DNA from: Promethearchaeota archaeon
GTDB taxonomy: Archaea > Asgardarchaeota > Lokiarchaeia > Sigyniarchaeales > SOKP01
NCBI GenBank assembly: GCA_008080735.1
Contig: SHMW01000021.1
Span: 1 to 54,674 of the forward strand
Direction: 5' to 3'
Length of the DNA: 54,674 nt
In this document: positions 10,752 to 19,589 of the stretch, piece by piece
Layout: the number at the start of each line of letters is the position of its first letter
How positions within the stretch are numbered: position 1 is the first letter of the stretch
Translations under genes and position numbers: made by a program
The notes under the pieces: model-generated
Told to the model about the DNA's origin: nothing
The model's input: the letters and a program-made list of their open reading frames with translations, nothing else
The model's database searches: none

Positions 10752-11075
10752 CTACTCTGATTCTGTAATAATTAATTTATATGTTTTGTAGCTTAGGTTG
10801 ACCACAAAAAAGACAAATAGGGCACCAAAGATATAAACAATGGCAGTCATAAACGCAACGATTTCAGTCATATCTAGCGCTAAGAAGATAATGTTCGATA
10901 TATATCCAAACAGAAATAAAATTATAAGAATCTGGATAAGAATCCATTTCTTAATGATGTTTGCCCCCGGAAAAAGTTGCTTTATTTTACGGATAATATT
11001 TAGACTTAATATAAAAAACACTATCCCTCCAATCGAGCATATAAGATTGAAATAAAAGTTCCAGTCTAATACCAT
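10752..11075 (-). CDS. Small membrane protein (3 TM)
   Basis: Three hydrophobic segments; 23 bp upstream of the longin-like gene. Confidence 0.7.
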   Translation of the reverse strand: MVLDWNFYFNLICSIGGIVFFILSLNIIRKIKQLFPGANIIKKWILIQILIILFLFGYISNIIFLALDMTEIVAFMTAIVYIFGALFVFFVVNLSYKTYKLIITESE

Positions 11076-11277
11076 ATTATTTTCCCCTTATTGTTATGAT
11101 AATATATGAATAGCGAATCTATTTTAATATTTACTTTATTTATTAAAAAGACTTTTCTCTAATTCCAAGCTTATTTAGAATAATGCTAATGTCTTAATCA
11201 ACAACATCCATAAGGTTTGGCAATGATTCATATTTTATAAGAAAAAACTTTATTGAATTCTAAGGTGTTAATTTATT

Positions 11278-12276
11278 ATGAAATTGATTTTTTCCCAATT
11301 AGATCCCAAACCAAATAAACCGATAGCTATTCTTTATTCTCTCCCAGACCAAAACATATCCGATGATATTCAACATCAACTTGATGTGATCTATGAAAAG
11401 TATCAGAATGAAAACGCTGATGATGAGCCTATTGCATATCATTCTGGTCCGTATCTCTCCTATATCTTTAAAGCTGAATCTGCATGGGATTCTGGAGTAA
11501 AAGAAACCTTTATGCTTACTTTATATTTTGAAGAGCATGAAAATACCCATTTCTTTAGTTCGGTTGTTCGGAAAACCATTTCAGATTTACAGAGTCTCCC
11601 TAACCTCACTAAAATAATCTCCGTGAATACACCGCATGCCGACAAGGAATCTTATGCTATTTTGGGGAAAGTAATAAAAATTCTCACAGAGGGGTATTTT
11701 GAAGCCTCAAAACTACATGCTACCTATAATTTGGGATTATCAGAAGTGCTTATCTTAGGAGATAAAGGAAGCGGGAAAACGTCAATTGTCGACTATCTTA
11801 TTCATGGAGATTTTATTCCTCAATCAAGTCCAACTCTCACTCCCCAAGTGTATCAACTAGTATATGATCAAGTGGATTTTCGGGTACTTGATATCTGCTG
11901 TGAAGAGCATTTACAAGAGATTTTTGAAGATCATCCAATCGAGAAAGGAAAACTACCTCAAGCAATTGTTTATGTAATAGATGCCTCAAAAAATGTGGAT
12001 GAGCTGGATCAATCAATGGAGGAATTTGATTATTGGATGAAGTTTCTCAGTGAAAAATACTCCAAGTCTTTGTTTCTTACAGTTCCTATACTAATATTAT
12101 TCAATAAAGTTGACCTAAATCCAGCATTCGATCTTGACTCATATAGTTCTCGATTTAGTCCAAATATATCTGGGTTACGCTTAAAATATGCGGCTAGCTC
12201 GGTGAAGAAAGGACTCGGATTGAATGATAATTTTTCATGGGTCATACAACAAGTCAAAGTAACCCAGAAACATTGA
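11278..12276 (+). CDS. Arf/Rab-like small GTPase fused to an N-terminal longin/uDENN-like domain
   Basis: G1 GDKGSGKT, G2 SPT, degenerate G3 DICC, VYVIDAS, G4 NKVD, G5 SSVK. About 150-aa N-terminal alpha/beta domain. Confidence 0.8.
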   Translation: MKLIFSQLDPKPNKPIAILYSLPDQNISDDIQHQLDVIYEKYQNENADDEPIAYHSGPYLSYIFKAESAWDSGVKETFMLTLYFEEHENTHFFSSVVRKTISDLQSLPNLTKIISVNTPHADKESYAILGKVIKILTEGYFEASKLHATYNLGLSEVLILGDKGSGKTSIVDYLIHGDFIPQSSPTLTPQVYQLVYDQVDFRVLDICCEEHLQEIFEDHPIEKGKLPQAIVYVIDASKNVDELDQSMEEFDYWMKFLSEKYSKSLFLTVPILILFNKVDLNPAFDLDSYSSRFSPNISGLRLKYAASSVKKGLGLNDNFSWVIQQVKVTQKH

Positions 12277-12385
12277 AAATATAGTCCTTACAGATCTCCT
12301 TTACGTGGGCAATTTGGTTTTGCATCTCTTCTTGGGATATACCTGCCATTTTTTCCATGGTCTCTTCAAATTTTCCCATACACAT
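12254..12385 (-). pseudogene. Truncated DUF2769-like gene fragment
   Basis: GAGGTGA Shine-Dalgarno, then MCMGKFEETMEKMAGISQEEMQNQIAHVKEICKDY-IFNVSGLL*. It resembles the N-terminus of archaeal DUF2769 proteins but lacks the Cys-rich core, and its last codons overlap the GTPase 3' end. Confidence 0.55.
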
Positions 12386-12502
12386 TTCACCTCTATTTCT
12401 TAGAAGAGTAAAGTAAGTAATTTCTTATTGTAGTTGTAGAAATCTTTCAATAAGTAAAAAAAAGAAAAAAATATTAAGCCCGATTAATATTCCAATTCAC
12501 GA

Positions 12503-12721
12503 TTAGCGATATTTGATTGCCAATAGAAGATCGTTCTTGGTAATCTTCTTTCGGTTCGCATGCATCGTAAATTGTTTCGCTTGTTCGGTTAAACCTCGAG
12601 CAGTCTTTTCTAAATGATCGATTAATAGATCGACAGCATCTCGAGCGACAATGCTTGCGCCTTGTTGTTTCATTAATCTCCTAATTGGGCTCCACGCAAA
12701 AGTATGTTTTTTTTTAGCCAT
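12503..12721 (-). CDS. Archaeal histone (HMf-like histone fold)
   Basis: PIRRLMKQQGASIVARDA…HANRKKITKNDLLLA. GGAGG RBS upstream. Confidence 0.93.
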   Translation of the reverse strand: MAKKKHTFAWSPIRRLMKQQGASIVARDAVDLLIDHLEKTARGLTEQAKQFTMHANRKKITKNDLLLAIKYR

Positions 12722-12825
12722 TTTTAATTTTCCTCCACTTTGTTATTAGAAATTCTTAAAATTTATAGTTTTAATTTTTTTTTGATTTATATTTTGAAGT
12801 TCTTAGATAATAATATATCTGAAGA

Positions 12826-12845
12826 GATATTTAAACTTATTGGTA
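12826..12845 (-). promoter_or_regulatory. Putative BRE/TATA promoter of histone gene
   Basis: The minus strand reads ccaataagTTTAAATAtc about 110 bp upstream of the ATG. Confidence 0.35.
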
Positions 12846-13273
12846 AGTTGGGCAGATAGTGGTAAGGTAGCGAAAAAAAAATTACGACAAAATTTTTTTG
12901 AAAACAACCAAAACAGCAAAATACCAATAGCTATTGTATTGGATCATATTATGGATATGATCTGAATTTTGTATAATTACTAATCTTGATTAGAGATATA
13001 TGAACAAATTTGGTTATGACTTCCCAAAGGAATAATCTGTATAGATTTGGAAAAAATTTTGATAAAAGTATTTAATCTAAATGGAATAGCATGAAAAAAT
13101 GTAGGTGAATATCATTAATTCCTAATCATTTATTTTGCAAGTTACTATTAAGATTAAATTAGCGACTTTGATGAAAATATTGGTTCAATTTTTTCTAATA
13201 TGCGCGATTAGGATTAGATAAGAAAAACAAACTGGATCTAAAAAAATAATATGAAATAATTTTTGTAATTTCA

Positions 13274-14098
13274 TCAGCTTTCTATCTTTTTATATCTTAT
13301 GACGCAGATTATAAAAATACTTATCCCTAATGTACTCAGAATTATAAAAAGCCCATATCCGGAAATAGCACCATTTTCTTGAGATATATATAAGTCATAA
13401 ACAAGATTCAAGAATATTTTTTTTCCTACTTCTGTCATATGGTTTGGAGATATTTCAAAACCCCAGTAAATATAATCATTCCCTTCTTTTAACACACTGG
13501 AATAAACTGATCCTTGTGAAGATAGAGTCAATATTGTCAGATTGGAAGGGGGAGAATCTATATGGATTCGCTTTTCGACAACCGAACTAATATACACTTG
13601 AATTGTACCATTGCTTATTGCATAAGGTTCATTGAATATTGAAGAAGAGTTATCCGGAATGAAAATACTATCACCACTGGAAGTTAAACCATTAGGATAC
13701 CCTATTGATAATCCTAATTCCCCAAAAAACGCGTATCCTCCGTTTTCACCTATTCCCAATATTGGCTTATTGCTATTATCAATAGAATTCACCGTGTTTG
13801 AATCACCCCAATTTGAACCTTGGTCGCCACTTTCAGGATCGATAATGATGAGCCCGTAGTTTTCAAAATTTGTGGTTGTTATATCTGAAACATTAATTAA
13901 ATCAACAGCATAACTATTATTTTCCAAGAATTCTTGATAGTACAGGGCAGTACCATCATCTTTTGAATTATATATGTAAGCTATATTACTGTTCGAATTG
14001 ATAGACACAGGATTTGCGGTAGATTGATACGATAAATTTACAAAGCATATAACGAATATAATCAATAGAAAAATGCTAGTTTTATTTATGTTTTTCAT
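13274..14098 (-). CDS. Secreted/surface protein with C-terminal Loki-CTERM-like anchor
   Basis: Likely start ATG 14098 (MKNINKTSIFLLIIFVICFV signal peptide) rather than 14197. C-terminus ISGYGLFIILSTLGISIFIICVIRYKK is motif + TM + basic tail. Many N-x-S/T sequons. Confidence 0.75.
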   Translation of the reverse strand: MKNINKTSIFLLIIFVICFVNLSYQSTANPVSINSNSNIAYIYNSKDDGTALYYQEFLENNSYAVDLINVSDITTTNFENYGLIIIDPESGDQGSNWGDSNTVNSIDNSNKPILGIGENGGYAFFGELGLSIGYPNGLTSSGDSIFIPDNSSSIFNEPYAISNGTIQVYISSVVEKRIHIDSPPSNLTILTLSSQGSVYSSVLKEGNDYIYWGFEISPNHMTEVGKKIFLNLVYDLYISQENGAISGYGLFIILSTLGISIFIICVIRYKKIES

Positions 14099-14797
14099 AA
14101 TTTTTGGATAAACCTCTTTTAAGAAGTTATAAGCTATATTTCTATGGAGATTATATAAAGATTTTGGGTTTAGATTATCAATAAGATTTATCATCAAAAT
14201 ACTGTAAAATTTTATTAGATTTATTTTAATGATTTAAACACCTTAAAATCACCCTAAATTAAATCATTTCTTTTTCATTTTTACAAAATCTCAGAGAATT
14301 AATAATAAATTCCACAAATTATTCAAATCCATAAATAAATATTAAAATTGATTGCTTTTAAAGTAGAAATAGGGAGAATAATATGGTAAAAAGAATATTT
14401 CAGAGAAAAAATATTTTGAGATAACGAAGTTGATTTAAACAAAGTTAATATAGTCTATGAAGTCTCTTGATGAGTTAATCGTACATTGCATATGTTTAGG
14501 TAGATTTTGAGGAAGACTGAATCTTTGGCAATATAGATCCTACTTGTTAAATTTTGAAATATTAAATAATCTTCAAGAAATCCTTTCGAAATGATTATGA
14601 ATCTATGATAAGATTAGATTGAATTTTTAGAGAAAAAGAAATTACGAAAATAGACAAATTATTTCATAAATTTTGAATTATTAAGTAGGAAAAAAATGCG
14701 GTTTTATAAATTAAAAACTTAAAATTTTAATTACACTATGTACTTAAAGAATCATAATTCTAATTTAACGCTAAATTCATAAGAAAGGTAAAGAATA

Positions 14798-15415
14798 ATG
14801 TCTCAAGAAATAGTTGTGCCCGGAGCTTGCGGCGTTGCGATTAAATGCAAGGATGGAGTGGTCTTAGGAAACGATAGGCGCGCGATATGGGGATATACCG
14901 TAACTAACAAATCTACGAAGAAAGTCTTTAAACTGACCGAATACATCGGAATGGCAGCTTACGGTCTTATCGGGGATTATCAGATGCTCACAAAAATCCT
15001 TCATGCGCAAGCTAACTTATATAAGTTAGATACGCGTGAACGTATATCAACAAAAAGCCTTGCGAAGCTTCTATCAAATTATCTCTTCTCGCGAAAGATG
15101 GCCCCACTCTATACCAACCTCGTAGTTGCGGGTATGGATAAGGATGGCCCGAAGTTATTCACACTCGATGCCATTGGTTCCTTAATACCTGAAGATTACG
15201 GTACAACAGGAACGGGAATGCTTTTATCAATGGGAATTTTAGAAGCTGAATATAACCCAGATTTAACCGTCGCAGAGGGAGAAAAATTGGTTGAAAAGGT
15301 CATCAGATCTGCGATGAAGCGAGATGCGATGTCTGGCAACGGAATCGACATTCTCACAATAACCGAAGACGGCTCCGAAGAAAAGTTTATTGAAATAGAT
15401 GAATTAGGAGAATAA
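14798..15415 (+). CDS. psmB: 20S proteasome beta-type subunit, lacking catalytic Thr1
   Basis: KDGVVLGNDRR, KKVFKL, GLIGD, TLDAIGS, RDAMSGNGID. The N-terminus is VPG-ACGV in place of G-TTTV. Confidence 0.93.
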   Translation: MSQEIVVPGACGVAIKCKDGVVLGNDRRAIWGYTVTNKSTKKVFKLTEYIGMAAYGLIGDYQMLTKILHAQANLYKLDTRERISTKSLAKLLSNYLFSRKMAPLYTNLVVAGMDKDGPKLFTLDAIGSLIPEDYGTTGTGMLLSMGILEAEYNPDLTVAEGEKLVEKVIRSAMKRDAMSGNGIDILTITEDGSEEKFIEIDELGE

Positions 15416-15689
15416 TTTTTATCATTTCTTTTTCTCATACAGTTCTTTATTAGAAGCCTTATAGTATCAGATCCGTAATTTCTTCAGAATGAGAAATAAC
15501 GCATTTCATTGTTATTTTTTTTGCGGGTATTGTTGAAGTTTGGAATACTGCAAATCATAATGCTTCGAAGCTCCAAAAGGATTTAGAAGTAATTATTAAA
15601 CGGTTTGAAGACATTTAGAAATAAATTTGTTCCATAAAGATTTATTGATTTGTTTCATTTTCGTACTTAAACCGCAATTTCAGTGTGAA

Positions 15690-17753
15690 ATGGATTTGAA
15701 GTTAATAAACAATACGTTTGGCGAAAAAAGACAAGTAGCAGGTTTTTCTAAGGACGAGTTAGTGGAAATAAAAAGAAAGATTTCTGATTTTAAATCGGGC
15801 AAATTAACTCAAACAGAAGTTATGGAGTTACTTCAGAGAAAATTTCCAGAAGATCTATTGGAAGAGCATTCCAAATACATTGAGAATATTGAGAATTTTA
15901 TTAATACATATCTCAAGCAAGTCTCAAAGAGTCAAAATTTAGGTGAATTTAACTTTTTTTATCTTAAAAAAAAACTTTTAGAAGAAATAGATCTTATTTC
16001 TAATAACTTATTAAACCTTAAACTAAACTGCCAAAATTCCAAGAGATTCTTGAAAGACCATCATTATCTCAATGATTATATCTCAAGAATTAATCTGGTA
16101 TTTGAAAAAACGAAAGAATTACAGTCATCTTTACAGCCAATAGGTAGGCCTCCGCTTGATTTTGAAGATTTATCCCGTATTTGGTTTGACATGAATAAAC
16201 TGAAAAATTTTAAATTTAAAATGAAAAAGCCGATCGAGGATCAAATAATTTGGGAAGAAATATCAAATTTATACGATTACTTGACTAATAAAGGTGAAAA
16301 GGAAAAAAAGGGGGGAATTTTCAGCAAGAAAGAGTTAGAAATTATATTTTATTTTAAGATTTTGAATAACTATATTTCTAATTTACCTCAAAAAAATGCG
16401 GATTTTTACCTCGATTTGTTATTCCTCCTACATAAGAGTGACCTACTTAGTGTCCTTGAGGAGCAAGAATTTTCAAACATTCTTGAAAGAAAAGAAGCGA
16501 AAGATGAGATAAGAAGATATCTCCGCTCAATAATTAAGGAGGTAATTAGGGCCAACTTAGAGGAGTTCATTCAAGAGGTCTACAGATATGAGGAAAAGAC
16601 AGATTATGAAGGAGGAGATATTCAAAAAACTATTGAAGATCTCCTAGAGAAAAAAATTAAAATATTACTACCAAAATTCATCGATCTCTATTTTAATGGT
16701 TTAGAAAAACACTATCTATCAATCATTGCAAACTCAGAAGACTTCCACCAATTTGAGACTATTATTAATGAATATTCAAACAACATAGATGGAGTTTATG
16801 AAAGCATTGAAAATATCAAAGTTTATACGAATCATTACAAACCGTACTTAGATCCTTATGAAGAAATGCTTGAGTCTTTACACAAAATTTTTTCGAATCT
16901 ATTAGACAACATATACCGTCGAAAAGAAGAATTTATTTATCACCTTGAGGCAATACAACAGGAACGAATGAAGCAAGAGATAAGAACATATACATCAGAA
17001 AAAATCGAGGAACTAAATTCTCTCATTGAAAATTATCGTGATGAGGTTGCCGTATTATTAAAACAAAAGATGCCCCACCTTGAAAGTATTGAGGGAATTA
17101 TCAATACCTATAAGCATAAAATCAATAAAATAAAAGATGATGTTTACAGCAAGCTAAAAGAACAAGGACAAGAAGACTTGGATCAATATCAAATCATTAA
17201 AAATTGGGAAGAGAATTATAAACGCAGAAAAGAGCAAATTGGATTTTTGCTTTCGCAGTATTTAACAAATTTATATAAAGATTTTGAAGGTTTAATTGAA
17301 AAGGAAGAAGCTCTGTTCAACAGAATCAAAGATATATCTCAATATGGAGATGAACAAGATGAAGTACCATTAAATTATGCATTCTCTAGCTTTTTAGCAA
17401 ACAAGCTCACTGAAGATGAAATGCGGGAGCGTATGGTCGAATTAAAAGCCAAAATTAATAGCCTTAACCATCTGAAAGCTTTATACGAAGATGAATTGTC
17501 TCACCTAGAAGATACATTAAAAACAAAAGTGAAGATAAGAGAAGGGATTGCAACTTCTAATGTCCAGTGTGGAGTATGCAGAAAAGAGATCAATTTTGCT
17601 GATGATAAAATCATTAAATGTCCATTTTGTGATGCCGTGTATCATTATTTGTGTGTGGCCTTTTGGCTGTCAAAATATAATAGTTGTCCTTCGTGTCAGA
17701 ACGCATTTTTGGATCCTAATCAAAGTATTTATGAAACTCAACAAGAAGAATAA
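15690..17753 (+). CDS. Large helical/coiled-coil protein with C-terminal C4HC3 RING (putative E3 ligase)
   Basis: CGVC-x13-CPFC-x4-H-x2-C-VAFW-x6-CPSC. Probable start ATG 15690 (track start TTG 15627). Confidence 0.8.
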   Translation: MDLKLINNTFGEKRQVAGFSKDELVEIKRKISDFKSGKLTQTEVMELLQRKFPEDLLEEHSKYIENIENFINTYLKQVSKSQNLGEFNFFYLKKKLLEEIDLISNNLLNLKLNCQNSKRFLKDHHYLNDYISRINLVFEKTKELQSSLQPIGRPPLDFEDLSRIWFDMNKLKNFKFKMKKPIEDQIIWEEISNLYDYLTNKGEKEKKGGIFSKKELEIIFYFKILNNYISNLPQKNADFYLDLLFLLHKSDLLSVLEEQEFSNILERKEAKDEIRRYLRSIIKEVIRANLEEFIQEVYRYEEKTDYEGGDIQKTIEDLLEKKIKILLPKFIDLYFNGLEKHYLSIIANSEDFHQFETIINEYSNNIDGVYESIENIKVYTNHYKPYLDPYEEMLESLHKIFSNLLDNIYRRKEEFIYHLEAIQQERMKQEIRTYTSEKIEELNSLIENYRDEVAVLLKQKMPHLESIEGIINTYKHKINKIKDDVYSKLKEQGQEDLDQYQIIKNWEENYKRRKEQIGFLLSQYLTNLYKDFEGLIEKEEALFNRIKDISQYGDEQDEVPLNYAFSSFLANKLTEDEMRERMVELKAKINSLNHLKALYEDELSHLEDTLKTKVKIREGIATSNVQCGVCRKEINFADDKIIKCPFCDAVYHYLCVAFWLSKYNSCPSCQNAFLDPNQSIYETQQEE

Positions 17754-17765
17754 GAAAAATAAATT

Positions 17766-18017
17766 TTATTTTCTCTGGATTTTTAAAAATTCAGATACTT
17801 CTTTTCCCCTTACCGAGAAATTTGAATCTATATACATTGTAAGAGCATGAACAGGTGTTCCGTTATGGGAATGGCAAGGTGTATATTTTACTGGCCAATG
17901 ATTGATTTTAGTTATATCGATATTATTAACGTCAATGTCTTTTCCATAAATCGGTTTTTTACAGACGGGACAAATTGCCAATAATTTTTTCATAAGTAGA
18001 GCTCGAGAATCAGACAT
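17766..18017 (-). CDS. Small Zn-binding protein (CxxC…HxH…H), Asgard-type
   Basis: CPVC, CHSH, HALTMYIDSNFSVRG. Confidence 0.7.
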   Translation of the reverse strand: MSDSRALLMKKLLAICPVCKKPIYGKDIDVNNIDITKINHWPVKYTPCHSHNGTPVHALTMYIDSNFSVRGKEVSEFLKIQRK

Positions 18018-18109
18018 GGTTATTTAAACTCATAAGCTTTTGAAAAAAGAAAACAATCAAAGTTAAAATAAGATGATAATATTTGGATCATACTTGAAAT
18101 ACGAAATAC

Positions 18110-18964
18110 CTAACCAGGTCTCTTTGATTTAATCCTTGTTTTAGGAATATTCTTAAATTTTTCAATTTTCTTTTCTAATTCCTCTTTTTTCTCATTTAAT
18201 CGTTCTCTATCTTTTTCTAATTTCTCTCGCTCTCGTTTTATGGTGCTCTTTTCATCTTCAATTCTCTGTTTTTCACTCTTCATTCTATCAACATCATTAG
18301 AAAGCTTTTGTCTTTTTTCTTGAATATCACTCGCAATTTTGTCCCTTTTTCTTTCTAATCCACCGACATCATTTTTTAGTCTTTCCTTTTTATTTTCCAA
18401 ATCATCTACATCTCTTTGAAGATAATTCTTCTTATTCTCAAGCTTGGAGATATGATCTTTTAATTTTCTGAGATTTTCCTCCTCCTTTCGCTTTTTCTTT
18501 TCTAAATCACGCTTTTCATCTTCAATGTCATCCCGAATGTCTAATAATTCTTTCTTTTTACGTTTTAGATCATCTATCTCGTCGTTTATTTGATTATCTT
18601 TCCTTCGTAAGTTGTCTTTCGCTTTTTTTAATTTTTGTTTTTCATCTTCGATTTTCCTTTTTTGATTTCTAATATCATCTTCAACTTCTTTGATTCTTTC
18701 CTTTGCCTTTTTCTTCTCTTTCAAAAGGTCTCGAATATCTTTTTCGATAGATTTCCTCTTATCTTCAAGGTCCTCTATTGTTGTATTGTATTTCTGTATT
18801 CTCTTAATCACTTTTTCCCATTTTTTTCGTTCTTTTTTCAATTTTTTTCGTTCTTTTTTTAGCTTTTTTAGAAGTTTTTTACTTGGTCTAGCATCTTGAT
18901 CCTCGAGAGGAGTTTTTTCTCGTATGGTATATTTCGAAGGTTTTTTTTCTCGCATACATATCAC
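18110..18964 (-). CDS. Lys/Glu/Arg-rich long coiled-coil protein
   Basis: Near-continuous heptad pattern over about 240 aa; divergent from the Ubl operon. The start may be the second Met (MREKK). Confidence 0.75.
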   Translation of the reverse strand: MICMREKKPSKYTIREKTPLEDQDARPSKKLLKKLKKERKKLKKERKKWEKVIKRIQKYNTTIEDLEDKRKSIEKDIRDLLKEKKKAKERIKEVEDDIRNQKRKIEDEKQKLKKAKDNLRRKDNQINDEIDDLKRKKKELLDIRDDIEDEKRDLEKKKRKEEENLRKLKDHISKLENKKNYLQRDVDDLENKKERLKNDVGGLERKRDKIASDIQEKRQKLSNDVDRMKSEKQRIEDEKSTIKREREKLEKDRERLNEKKEELEKKIEKFKNIPKTRIKSKRPG

Positions 18965-19129
18965 TCTAATATAATAAGACTAAACTCAATTAAATGTGTA
19001 TTTTTTAGTATAAAGGATAATGATAATTAATAGGATTGAGATCATTCATTTAAATAGGCAAATTACTATCTATTTATTATTCTAAATATTTAAAATCTAA
19101 TCTACTAAAAATAAAAGAGGTTAATAAAG

Positions 19130-19492
19130 ATGAGTTTTGATGAGTTTGATGATGAATTTGATGAAGAATTAGAAGAACCAACCGGTAAAACTCCATCTTC
19201 AGATATTAAATCCAAGACTCCGGTTATAAAAGGTCCAGGAGGAGGTAAGAAATTATCACTGTTTTTCACTTCTACAATTGGACCAGGAGAGAAGAAACAA
19301 AAATTAATTGTGGATGATGCGAATAATATAGGAGCGATTAAAGAAACAGTTGGAAATATTTTTGGATTAGACCCTACTGATTTTCACCTATCTTCCGGAG
19401 GAGTGACTATGGACGAGGCAAATCCTCTAAGTGAATACAATGTAGAGGATGGAGACGAAGTGCTTTTGATACCAGCGAGCACTGCTGGATAG
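19130..19492 (+). CDS. Ubiquitin-like modifier (beta-grasp) with acidic N-terminal extension and single C-terminal Gly
   Basis: IGAIKETVGNIFGLDP…FHLSSGGVTMDEANPLSEYNVEDGDEVLLIPASTAG*. GAGGT RBS at 19117; first gene before an E1. Confidence 0.88.
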   Translation: MSFDEFDDEFDEELEEPTGKTPSSDIKSKTPVIKGPGGGKKLSLFFTSTIGPGEKKQKLIVDDANNIGAIKETVGNIFGLDPTDFHLSSGGVTMDEANPLSEYNVEDGDEVLLIPASTAG

Positions 19493-19589
19493 GTTAAAAA
19501 GCGTTTATAGATCAAATATTAGTTAAACATCTATTTTTTTAAATTTTTATTATTATTAATATGAATCAAATACCCTTAAGTGAGATGAT

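Noticed and set aside
14099-14197. N-terminal extensions in the ORF track (also 25505-25666, 15627-15689, 33416-33457)
   Set aside because: Downstream ATGs fit signal-peptide or family starts better; the extensions look like translated AT-rich upstream DNA.
14467-14520. Possible C/D box sRNA (TTGATGA … CTGA, about 54 nt)
   Set aside because: No convincing D'/C' boxes or recognisable rRNA-complementary guide; such motifs arise by chance in AT-rich DNA.
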